Positions 23,154 to 35,656 of a DNA stretch of 64,000 nt are shown here, piece by piece. Below the pieces are notes generated by a model, which searched no databases, was not told the DNA's origin, and saw only the letters and a list, made by a program, of their open reading frames with translations. Position 1 is the first letter of the stretch. Every line of letters starts with the position of its first letter. Position numbers and translations under genes: made by a program. Origin of the DNA: Octopus sinensis (lineage: Eukaryota); NCBI RefSeq assembly GCF_006345805.1, contig NC_043015.1, positions 41,354,001 through 41,418,000 of the forward strand, given 5' to 3'.

Positions 23154-24747
23154 AGGGGGGATGTGGTGAGATATTTTATCTTCCACCTTAAAAGGAAGGT
23201 GAGGCTGGAAAGAAGATGCCTGTCAAAGAAAAATGTTCAAAGAAAGATGGTTGCATGTTGCGAGGGTGCTGGGAATGAAAGATTCCTCGTGAACATGTCA
23301 TAAGTCTGAATACAAAGGTTCCAGTAGGAGAATGGGGCTCGTGGGGTCGGAGCGTAACCCATCTCTCTGCTTCATTTCATGTTTGTATTTCGTCCTTGTT
23401 GTATCTCATTCGATTTCATTATATTTTGTAAAATTTTAAAAGTCATATAATCATTGTGTGTCTGACCCCAATCAGGCTGTATTGTCCCCCTCTATGTTTG
23501 GGCCCTTGTGGATAATAAAGAAATTGGATGTGGTGAATGCAAATACGTATATTAATAAAACAATAGAACCAAGTCAAAACATTTTGTTTTCTGAGTTTTC
23601 AGCCCTCTTCCTGTTTATGAAAATTATTATGAATGGTGGGCTTTTATGCTTTGTTAATTCCTGGGGTTGATTTCTTCAACTAAAAGGTGGTGCTCCAGCA
23701 TGGCTGCAATCAAATGACTGAAACAAGTAAAAGAATAAAAGGATATTGAAGTCCACGTGTTTAAAAGAATATACCTTTCTCTTACCCCTCCCCTCAAACA
23801 TACACTAAATTCGGAATGCAATCATGTTGGGGCGCCACCTTCTAGCGATGAAGCAATTAATTATTTATATTGACCCCTGTAATATATTTTACTGACTTGT
23901 GAAGGGTGATACATAGAATTGAAACCGGGAAAGTATGGCATGTTTCTTTTGTAAAGTTTGGTCTCCTTCAGTTTTTGGTAAAATCAGAAACGTTCTTGTC
24001 TGAATCTACCTAAATTCCCTAATCTCAAAGAGAGGAGATTGAGAAAACCTCCAGGTGTACTGTAATTAAAACTAATGCACAAGCCAGAGCTCACACCTTA
24101 CTGCCTTAAAGACAGCTTAGTTCTAGACAATGTTTTGGGAAAAGAAAAAAACAGGGCGCAGGAGTGGCTGTGTGGTAAGTAGCTTGTTTACCAACCACAT
24201 GGTTCCGGGTTCAGTCCCACTGCGTGGCACCTGGGCAAGTGTCTTCTACTATAGCCTTGGGCCGACCAAAGCTTTGTGAGTGGATTTGGTAGACAGAAAC
24301 TGAAAAAAGCCCGTCGTATATATGTATATATATGTATGTGTGTTTGTCCCCTTAGCATTGCTTGACAACCGATGCTGGTGTGTTGATGTCCCCGTTACTT
24401 AGCAGTTCGGCAAAAGAAACAAAAGAATAAGTCCCGGGGTCGAGTTGCTCGATTAAAGGCGGTGCTCCAGCATGGCCACAGTCAAATGACTGAAACAAGT
24501 AAAAGAGTAAAGAGGGGGCAATGTCAGGATTTTGTTTTGTTTCTTCATAAATTTAATTGATCTTTGTTGATCTATAGCACTTTCAATCTCTTCTCTCTTA
24601 AATTCTCCAAGTTCTATTTAGTAACCCTCAGTTTATCAATATCATTTAACACCTGTCTTCCTTGCTGACGCAGCCCTATGTCTAGTCTGGCGTTGTTTCT
24701 ACAGCTTGATGCCCTTCCTAATGCTAAGTTTCTAATTCTCGTTTCAG

Positions 24748-24806
24748 GCAATTGCAAATGTGACTCCGGCTGCAAGCATGGCTCAGAGAAGAGTTGCTGC
24801 AAGTAG
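24748..24806 (+). CDS. MT: Metallothionein, coding exon 3 (NCKCDSGCKHGSEKSCCK*)
   Basis: ctaattctcgtttcag| acceptor with a ctaat branch-like motif; phase 1; 5 Cys; TAG at 24804-24806; AATAAA about 95 nt downstream. Spliced CDS 31+120+59=210 nt, 69 aa. Confidence 0.9.
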
Positions 24807-24898
24807 AGAAACCACAAAACACTTTGACCATGTTCTTTGTAGTTCTTCATTCATTGCTTTCATGTGTTTCTTTACTTGATTGATCAATTAATTATATT

Positions 24899-24909
24899 AA
24901 TAAAATAAA
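24899..24909 (+). terminator. Tandem AATAAA polyadenylation signals of the MT gene
   Basis: AATAAA at 24899-24904 and 24904-24909, followed by GT/T-rich sequence. Confidence 0.65.
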
Positions 24910-26497
24910 ATGAATTGATTCAAATTTGTCTTGACTGTTTTTTCTTAAAGCGGAAATACACAAATTGGTTTCATTTTGAGAGATTTAATAAAATGAATTT
25001 TGGTTGCAATTCCTGAGGTGGATGCAGAACAGTGACAGTCCAAACGAGAACGTGTCCGTTCTCGATATGTTCTGGCAGATTCAAGTGTGAATTATGTGGT
25101 GACTGTTTTTCGTCATCAGACAATATCTGCTACCTTTTAAATAATATGTGGTGTGTTGCTGTGTAACGTAGTGTAATGTGTAAAGACCCCTTTTGGCCAT
25201 GAATGACCAAAGTTCCCCTCCAAGGTACAAGTCTGGGCAAGGTTGTTTGAGGAAGACCAGCAGTTGCCCATGCATACGGCCTCTCCTCTCCACGCCACTG
25301 ATGTTATCCAAGGGAAAGGCAAAGGCTGATACAGTTTGGCACCAGTGACGTCGCAACTCATTTCTACAGCTGAGGGGAAATAAAATATCTTGCTAAAGAA
25401 AACAACACACAGCCTGGTCTTGAAATTGAAATCACAACCTCATGCTTGTGATCCCAATGCTCTAACCACCAAGCCATGCACCTCCGAAACATAGTGTAGT
25501 GATGGTGAATTGCAGTACAGTATAGTATATTGCAGTGGTGTATACTGCAGTGGGGATTGTTTGTAATCTAATGTGGTGGTGATGGTGATGATGACAATTA
25601 CATGTATAATTGGAGCTACTGTTAATGTCTAACAAGTTTGAGGTTAACGACCATTTAATTACTGCTGTTTATCTCTGTGGTAACTACGTTCAATTGTTAA
25701 CTGAAGTTAAACTTATAATGAAAGAATAATTAAGTTGTGGTGGGTCTCATTACAAGAAAATAACAATGGTAATGAGGTTAAAGGTGTTAGAATTACTAAC
25801 CACATGATCACAGGTTCAAATCTTACTATGGCCATTGAGTTCATTGCTCTGTGAACATAACTCTGCTTGCTCCGATGGTACTCTAAGAAATGCTTTTTGT
25901 TTTCCAAGCATGGCTATGTGGTTAAGAAGTTTGCTTCCCAACCATGTAGTCACAGGTTCATCCCCACTGCACAGCACCCTAGGAAGGTGTCTTCTATAAC
26001 CCAAGGTCTTGTGAATGGATTTGGTTGACAGGAACTGAAAGCAGCCTGTTATGTGTGCATGGGTGTATTTCATTATATTGTAAAATTTTAAAAGTCATAT
26101 AATCATTGTGTGTCTGACCCCAATCAGGCTGTATTGTCCCCCTCTATGTTTGGGCCCTTGTGGCTAATAAAGAAATTGGGTGTATTTGTGTGCACCCCTG
26201 TGACATCACAGGGTTAGCGTTGTGAAAGAGCATCGTCGTACAGTTAACATGGTTTGTTTCCAGTCTTCCATGGAAAAACACGTCTGACTTTGAGGAAATA
26301 TTTACCTGGCTTGGTTTGAAACAGGAGTGTGTTAGAGCTAGCGAGGGGATCTGGTGTAAAGAATCCACCACAAATTCCATCTCATTGATGCAGCCATAGG
26401 AACATGAATGTTGATGATGATGATGATGAATTCCAGTGAGTGGAACATCAAACACATTTCCTCATTTCTATAAATCTGAGATTAAGATTATTTATTA

Positions 26498-27107
26498 CTA
26501 GCAGTATCGCCCGGCGTTGCTCGGGTTTGTTTCGACCCTTTAGAATTGGAATTTTTGAAGAAAAGTAAAAATTTTGCATTATATAGCTTGTTATTCTCTT
26601 TAAGTGAACATTTTTCTGGTTGAAATACACCGAAAAATGGCAACACAGCAGTTAAAAATTCGTAAAAAATAGAGATTTTCATAGAAAAAAAAGCACCTTT
26701 TTGATGTAAATAATTTTTGGTGTTAACATGGTCCGATTTGAATTTTTTCTTCTACGGAAGGAAGAGCAAGCCTTCTATCATACTCTCAAGTTTGGTCAAC
26801 TTGCGCTGCAGGGTCTCAGAGGAGATAGTGTTAGTTGAAGGCTACCAAACCTGGCGACACAGCAGTCAAAAAATCGTTAAAAAATAGGGATTTTCATAGA
26901 AAAAAAGCACCTTTTTGATATAAATAATTTCTGATGTTAACATGGTCCGATTTGAATTTTTTCTTCCACGGAAGGAAGAGCAAGCCTTCTTCTATCATAC
27001 TCTCAATTTTGGTCAACTTGCGCCTCAGGGTCTCGGAGGAGATAGTGTTAGTTGAAGGCTACCAAACCTGCCATACACAGACAACTTCAGCTTTATATAG
27101 AGAGAGA
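26498..27107 (-). mobile_element. Non-autonomous Helitron (second family) with an internal ~215-bp duplication; copy at ~34864-35250
   Basis: Minus strand TC...cccgagcaacgccgggcgatactgCTAG, inserted at an AT dinucleotide. Confidence 0.82.
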
Positions 27108-27329
27108 TTTGAAAGGATGGTAAATGGGCAGAATCAGTAGAGCATCGGACATTATGCTTTGTGTATTGAGTTAGGAAGCTTTATGTCACTAAACCCGAGT
27201 TCAAATTCAGCTGAGGTCACCTTTGCTTTTTATCCTTCTAATGTTGATATAAGAAAATACTCGTGAAGTACTGGAGTTGACTTAATCTGACCTTTTGCCA
27301 ATGCTAGAAATCGTATAAGTATTTAGGAG

Positions 27330-27720
27330 GGCAGTGAGGGGCATGGGGTACGAGGCTCATACAGCATTGGTAGAAAGGTCAAGGAGATAGTATGTCCATG
27401 GCCCAAAAGGGACAGTACGCTGTGGACCAGAAGAGCTGGCATTCTATAGGCCTTGGAAGACAAGTGTGTCCCTTGACAAAGGGAGTGAACCAGAGGGGGG
27501 GGAAGTTTCTATAAGCCAAGCAAGATAGCTTGTCCGAGGCCCAGAGGAGATAGTATGTCGCTGGGTCAGAGGGGACCTGATGTAATACTATGTTTATGGG
27601 CCAATGGTGACAGCATGTCTAGGCCAGAGGGGACTGTATCCAGGGTTCAAAGAGAACAGTTTATAGGTCAAGGAAGACAGCATGCTAGTCGGTCAGAAAC
27701 TGGAGTGGCATTGTAAGTTC
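27330..27720 (+). repeat. Highly degenerate purine-rich tandem repeat
   Basis: ggccagaggggacagtatgtc-like units recur irregularly. Confidence 0.45.
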
Positions 27721-28442
27721 TTGGCAACCAGTCTGACAGCCTGTTGGGGGTGGAGTGTAGTTTTGATCTCTCTCTATCTCTCTCTATATATATATATGTA
27801 TATACACATATATACATATATATACATACATATATATATTCTTCACCAAACTTTTTGGCGCCCTCCGATTCTTCCCCCCTCTTCCTCCCATCCTCCTCCC
27901 ATCCTCAATCCCTTCTTTCTCCTTTTCTCTTGGTCACTGATTCTGTCCCCTGCCTTCCACCCTCTTTGATTCCCTCTCTCTCTGTCTCTCTTTCTCTCTC
28001 TCTCCTGCAACTTGCTGCTTCTTAAACCATTCTGTTGGCCATCGTATCTCGACCAACATGTGTCCCCGCTACCGAAATGGTAATTATTTCTACGCCAGCT
28101 GCTATGTTGTTGTTTCTGTCTCATTTGGTCTAAAGTATGACAACCACCGTTATATATATTTTTGTTTATTCATTACTGTTTTCAATTTCGTTTTCGTCTC
28201 TTGTATTTACATCCGTCTTGTGCGTTCACATTTCTGTCTTCTACCAAGAAATCTAATGCTTACAGCTTAGTTTTTTTTCTTGGGGCTGGCCGAGTTGGAG
28301 CAAATATCAGAATTGAACAGCCGAAATTTGCTATGATGATTCGGTGTCTGACTGAAGATTGAAGGCTTCGAATGATTTGTCTGTGTTCCGTGTTCATCCC
28401 TTCCTGTATTTCACGTTCATTATATATAAAAACATTCATTCT

Positions 28443-28502
<60 letters not shown>

Positions 28503-30204
28503 CATATATATATATACATACATTATATATATATATATATATACTCTTTTACTTGTTTCAGTCATTTGACTGCGACCATGCTGGAGCACCGCCTTTATTC
28601 GAGCAAATCGACACCGGGACGTATTCTTTGTAAGCCCAGTACTTATTCTATCGGTCTCTTGCCGAACCGCTAAGTGATGGGGACGTAAACACACCAGCAT
28701 CGGTTGTCAAGCAATGCTAGGGGGACAAACACAGACACACAAACATATACACACACATACATATATATATACATATATACGACGGGCTTCTTTCAGTTTC
28801 TGTCTACCAAATCCACTCACAAGACTTTGGTCGGCCCGAGGCTATGGTAGAAGACACTTGCCCAAGGTGCCACACAGTGGGACTGAACCCGGAACCATGT
28901 GGTTGGTTAGCAAGCTACTTACCACACAGCCACTCCTGCGCCTATATATAATATATATATATATACATACATATATAGAAGACACTTGTACAAGATGCCC
29001 CATGGTGAGATGGAACCCCAAACATGTGGTTTTGAAGTGAACTTCTAACCAGTTATGCTGTTACCTAAAAAATGATGATGATGATGATGATGATTCACAA
29101 TGACCCAAGTCATTTAATGAAATACTGTTTATCTCGTTGGTAATTATTCAGTTTAACGATAATTTATCTTGACCTCTTGTGTTTACACCCATTTTATTTG
29201 TAAAGTCACAACTTATCAGGGTGGGGGGTGGGGGCGGGGCTTTTAATGTTAATTTTTTTTCGGTTTTTTCTCTGAATGGTTTGGTATGTTTGGTCATTCT
29301 TTGCTATTATCATTCATTTCAAGTCTGTGTGAGAATGTGTGTGTGTGTGTGTTTGTGTATGTATTGTGTTGATTGTCCTCAGATTTGTGTGTGAAGTGGT
29401 GAGTCGAGTTTGTTCTGTAACAAATGAGTAATATGGTTCACATAGAAGACTGCTCCCATATGTGGGATGGTGATATATACACACACACACACACATATAT
29501 ATATATATGTATGTATGTATGTATGTATATATATATATATATATATAGATGTGTGTGTGTGTGTGTGTATATATATGTATATATATATATATGTACTTAT
29601 AGGAGTGGCTGTGTGGTAAGTAGCTTGATAACCAACCACATGGTTCCGGGTTCAGTCCCACTGCGTGGAATCTTGGGCAAGTGTCTTCTGCTATAGCCTC
29701 GTGTGTTTGTGTGTCTCTGTTTGTCTCCCTAGCATTGCTTGACAACCGATGCTGGTGTGTTTACGTCCCCGTCACTTAGCAGTTCGGCAAAAGAGACTGA
29801 TAGAATAAGTACTGGGCTCACAAAGAATAAGTCCTGGGGTCAATCTGCTCGACTAAAGGCGGTGCTCCAGCATGGCCGCAATCAAATGACTGAAACAAGT
29901 AAAAGAGTAAAAGAGAGAGTATATATATGTGTGTGTGTGTATGAGATCTGATCAAAAAGTACTCTTGGGACTGTTGCTATGGTAACAGCTAAAGTACACA
30001 GTGAGGCCGCTTGGCACAGATTGTCCTTCAACTCTGTTTCCCATTGACCTTAAGTTATAATGTTGTCGCACTTTTGCTGCCTATAGCAGTGCTTGGAGGC
30101 GGTGTGTGATCGTCTCAAGAAGATCAGGTTTCAACTGAGCAGGATCTCTTTTATTATGTTGAAGAAGCCAAAAATTATTTGAAAACATTTATAGTGGGTG
30201 ATCA

Positions 30205-30585
30205 TGATCATCATTGTTTGGCCATGGTCGAGATGATGGAATTTACTATGTTACGCCAGACCTCTAGGTCCATCATAGCATTATGGAGGTCCTGTTGCTG
30301 GATGCCTGTATCCATGGAGATTACATCAGGGTAGGAGAGTGTGCGCCCTCTGGTATCGCGAGCAGATGGCTTCCAGAGTAGAAATTACCTCGTTTTCAGC
30401 TCTACAACAATGTCCAGTAAACTGGACTCTTCTACCTTTCACAAGAGATGATACAGGTGGTAAATTCCCATATATTTGCACTTTGGTTGGATGACGCTTC
30501 CACAAAAGATTTTGAGCTCTCATAAGGAGGCGAGTGTAAGTTCCATCCAACCACCTCTCAAGCTTCTTTGATAACATCCAGGTTT
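30205..30585 (-). mobile_element. RTE-clade LINE 3' fragment
   Basis: LERWLDGTYTRLLMRAQN..WKRHPTKVQIYGNLPPVSSLVKGRRVQFTGHCCRA; aligns with 43482-43778. Confidence 0.8.
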
Positions 30586-30860
30586 ATATATAGTGGGTGA
30601 TAAATTGTTGGGGTTTATGGCTATGGTCCTGAAACCAAGACAAAAATCACATATACATATATACGACAGGTTTCTTTCAGTTTCCGTCTACCAAATCCAC
30701 TCAGAAGGCTTTGGTCGGCCCGAGGCTATAGTAGAACACACTTGCCCAAGGTGCCACACAGTGGGACTGAACCCCGATCCATGTTGTTCATTAGCAAGCT
30801 ACTTACCACACAGCCACTCATACACCTTATATATATATATATATATATATAACACACACA

Positions 30861-31077
30861 CACGGAGGTATTTAAAAAGTTCCTGGTTTTAAGGGTAACA
30901 CAAAAGACTTGGTTAGAGGCCTAACATTCTGAGTTCTTTTACAGGTCTTAGAAAATCTGTAGAATGGCTACAATAAGTGTGTGAATCTGAGAGGGGGAAT
31001 ATGTTGAGTAAAACCATAATTAACCGATCCTCTTGTACTTTCTTTTACCCAAAGCCAGTTTCGGCAACCCCTCATAA
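30861..31077 (+). mobile_element. Non-autonomous mariner derivative; related minus-strand copy at ~54372-54762 carries a piggyBac-like MITE
   Basis: Retains the YNKCVNLRGEYVE* transposase C-terminus; TA-flanked ends. Confidence 0.65.
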
Positions 31078-31167
31078 AATGATGGTGATGATGATGATGA
31101 TGATGATAGTGATGATGATGATGATGATAGTGATGATGATGATGACGATGATGATCATGATGACAAC

Positions 31168-31214
<47 letters not shown>

Positions 31215-31647
31215 CGACGATGAAGACGATGGCGATGACACACGGACGTGCACAGATATACTTCCCTGGCATTGAATAATTACATCAGTTTGTCAACGTT
31301 ATCATCTATAACGATCACATCACATATTGTCGTTTAATTAGGTTCTTCTTAATCTGCGACATGTCCCCTTCAGTTCATGTGACATAACCATGTGAATTTA
31401 ATTTGGGGCTGACGTACACTTATCTTGGCCCACCCCTTCACACACACAGACACACACACACACATATGCACACACACTGTAAGATATATCTGTTTACAAG
31501 CAAAGAGGATTGAGCCGTTAGGAGTGGGACTTGTAGGTCACTCGGTGTTATGGAAGGCTAAGTTGACCTTGACACAACATTGTTTGGTACTTAGTCATGC
31601 TTTTTACAGACTTTACCACTCTGCTGCTGTTCCTGCAACAGCTGCTG

Positions 31648-31678
<31 letters not shown>

Positions 31679-31696
31679 CACCACCACTACTACTGA

Positions 31697-31728
<32 letters not shown>

Positions 31729-31969
31729 ACAATAACTGTTAACTGGAACGGCTCATGCACTGAGATGAACATTATCGCTGTGAAAACAACATCTATTCAT
31801 GAATTTATTTATTCATTAACTTTTTTTAAATACATATTTTACCTGTGAATTTGCGTGTGTAATCTGGGAATGCATACAACGAGCTTCTCCACCTTAGGTG
31901 TATGGAAGACACTCGGCGAGAAATGGAAGAAAATCTGAAGAAAGAAGGAAAAAACAAAAATAAACAAAA

Positions 31970-32008
<39 letters not shown>

Positions 32009-32219
32009 CCTTTCTACTAAAGGCACAAGGCCTGAAATTTTGTGGGAGGGGACTAGTGGATTGCATCAATCCCACTGTTTCATTGGTACTTAATTTATTG
32101 ACCCCAAAAGAACGAAGAGCAAAGTCGACCCCAGTAGGATTTGAACTCAGCATGTAATGACAGGCAAAATACCCCTAAGCATTTCAACCAGTGTGCTAAC
32201 GATTCTGCCAGCTCACCAC

Positions 32220-32263
<44 letters not shown>

Positions 32264-32871
32264 TCCTTTCTGCTATAGGCACAAAGCCTGGATTTTGTGG
32301 GGAGCAGTTAAGTCAATCACATCGACCCCCAGTACTCAACTGGTACTTATTTCATCGACCCTGAAGAGATGAAAGGCAAAGTCAACTTCGGTGGAATTTG
32401 AACTCAGAACATAAAGACAGATGAAACGCTCCTAAGCATTTTGCCCAGTGCGGTAACAGTTCTGCCACTTTGCCGCCTTAATAATAATAATCATCAGCTG
32501 CCAGACGAGATAGTGAAGATGTCGACGAGCGCTTGTTTCAAAGTCTCCCTTGACCAGAAATGGCCTGAACTCTTTGCATGAACACCACCCTATACATAAC
32601 TCCATGTCCCCCTACATGGCCTTGCTTTTTGCTTTTTGAGCCCAAAAATTAACTTAACTTAGCTTAACTTATCACCACCACCATGATGATGATGATGACG
32701 ATGATGATAATGATGATGATTTCAAATTTTGACACAAGGAAGTCGAAAACCTGGTAATAGGCTTCAGGGGATGTGAGCTGACAGGGAAACTACTTACTTC
32801 AAAATGTGAACCTTGGCAGGAAGTGAAAATACCATGGCTCCAATTGCATATCGATTTTACAGGCCCAGTAA

Positions 32872-33512
32872 TCTTTATATATAAAACTAAAGTTGTGTGT
32901 GTGTGTGTGTGTCTGTCTACTCCGATTTAGATTCCTAACTACTCCCACATTTTGCGATGCAGTTTAACCAACAGCAGGTATCTTATAGTCGTCATTCATA
33001 TCGAGCCCTTCTGGGTATTAGCGCGTGTCTACGATGAGTCTACGATTTAAAAAAAAATTTACCATCATTTTCCGCATTTTTAATGATTTTTTCTCGGGTT
33101 ATATAAGGGAAGTAACTCTCTAAAAATGCTTATATAGTTATTTCCCTTAGAAACCCGAGCAACGCCGGGCGATACTGCTAGTGTCTATGTATAAAAAGCA
33201 AAATGTCTGTATGTGTGTGTATCCTTTATACAAATCCACAATTTTTCAGTTAGAGGGCTCGCACTTTCTATGGTCATTCAAAACCGTCCAAGGGTGGTCG
33301 TGCACATCTTTACATTTCCCTAGTCACCCCACAAAGCCATTAAAAAATCAATAGTGGTGACTTTTTTGTGAATTTTCTATCCAAAACGCAATCAAAATGC
33401 CCGAAACTTGATACGCCAATTGAATGCCAGCTAGCTGTATGTGACTGGTCGGAGATTTGGACAGTACCTGTGTGTATATGCGCACGCACACAGCTGTATA
33501 TGCATGCACTAG
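32872..33512 (+). mobile_element. Two adjacent non-autonomous Helitrons (32872-33181 and ~33184-33512)
   Basis: Both start TC(T) and end CTAG|T; the first matches 22021-22527. Confidence 0.7.
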
Positions 33513-35508
33513 TTTACCAACCACATTGTTCCAGGTTCAGTCCCACTGTGTGGCACCTTAGGCAAGAGTCTTCTACTATAGCCTCGGGCTGACCAAAGCC
33601 TTGTGAGTGGATTTGGTAGACGGAAACTGAAAGAAGCCCGTCGTATATATGTATATATATATATATATGCGTTTGTGTGTCTGTGTTTGTCCCCCTAGCA
33701 TTGCTTGACAACCGATGCTGGTGTGTTTATGTCCCCATCACCTAGCGGTTCGGCAAAAGAGACTGATAGAATAAGTACTGGGCTTACACAAGAATAAGTC
33801 CTGGGGTCGAGTTACTCGATTAAAGGCGGTGCTCCAGCATGGCTGCAGTCAAATGACTGAAACAAATAAAAGAGTAAAAGAGATTCTTTGAGAGAACTTA
33901 ATAATTTGTTCCATTGGTACAAAGGAATGACCGTTTTGCCGTTATACGGTCCTTGTGTTTGGTTTGGGTGAGGATTGTCAATCGGTAACCTCACAGTGCT
34001 ATTCTGACATTGTTATCTCTTTTATCTCTTTACTCTTTTATTTGTTTCAGTCATTTGACTGCAGCCATGCTGGAGCACCACCTTTAGTCGACCAAATCAA
34101 CCCCAGGACTTATTCTTTGGAAGCCTAGTACTTAGTCTATCAGTTTCTTTTGCCGAACCACTAAGTTACAAGGACGTAAACACACCACCATCAGTTGTCA
34201 AGTGAAATACAGACACACATATACATATACATATATACGATGGGCTTCTTTTAGTTTTCGTCTACTAAATCCACTCACAAGGCTTTGGTTGGACCGAGGC
34301 TATAGTAGAAGATACTTGCTCAAGGTGCCACGCAGGAACCTGGAACCATGTGGTTGGTAAGCAGGCTACTTACCTCATAGCCACTCCTGCACCTAGTAGA
34401 GGAATCTTTTTGGTAAAGTGTTATTTATCGAAGACTTTTGAGTAAACTATGTTCCTTTTCTTGGGTGGTTAGGACAGACTTAATTTGTCACCATGTTTAA
34501 CACAACATCTGGCCCTTGGGTAAAGACAGATGAACATAAAAATAGACGAAATTCCCTTAAGCATTTTGCCTTCTGTGTTAACAATTCTGCCAAATTCTGC
34601 TTTATTAAAAGACTTTATTAATACATAAAACTATATTTGGCTTCTAAGAAAGGTAATGGTTTTCGTATGTAATATACAGAACCATAAACTGGGTAGAGGT
34701 GAATTACAATGCTTTTATGGTAATAATTTTGGAGATTTAATCTGAGGCAAGGCGCTGGCAATAAAACAGTTGTATGTGTACCGTTACAGAAAGTAATAGT
34801 ATCTATTTAATCATAAGTAAGTTTTTATGTTGAGTTTTTGGGTTTTTAAAAATTTTTTTGTTACTGTATCACCTGGCGTTGCTTGGGTTTCTTCGACCCT
34901 TTAGAATTGGAATTTTTGAAAAGTAAAAATTTTGCATTATCTAGCTTGTTATTCTCTTTAAGTGAACATTTTTCTGGTTGAAATACAACGAAAAATGGCG
35001 ACACAGCAGTCAAAAAATCATAAAAAATAGGGATTTTCATAGAAAAAAAGCACCTTTTTGATGTAAATAATTTTTGGTGTTAACATGGTACGATTCGAAT
35101 TTTTTCTTCTACGGAAGGAAGAGCAAGCCTTCTTCTGTCATACTCTCAATTTTGGTCAACTTGCGCCACAGGGTCTCGGAGGAGATAGTGTTAGTTGAAG
35201 GCTACCAAACCTGCCACACACAAACAACTTCAGCTTTATATAGAGAGAGATAAATCATAAATGGACATTGAAAGGTTTGGATATTTAAAATTGCATAAAA
35301 CTAGAGAAAAAATTTCATAATTTGTCATATTGATAAAAGGTCAATACACACATGCATACACACGTGTGTGTGTGTCTGAATGTGTGTGCATGTATATGTA
35401 GGTAGGTACATGGGTATATATGTGTGTCTGTGTGTATACATTTCTCTCTTTCTCTCTCTCTCTCTTCCTCTATGTATATATTATATCTATCTACCTACCT
35501 ACCTACCC

Positions 35509-35560
<52 letters not shown>

Positions 35561-35617
35561 GTCTATCTATTCTATTCTATCTGTCTGTCTGTCTATCTCT
35601 CTATCTATCTATCTACC

Positions 35618-35656
<39 letters not shown>

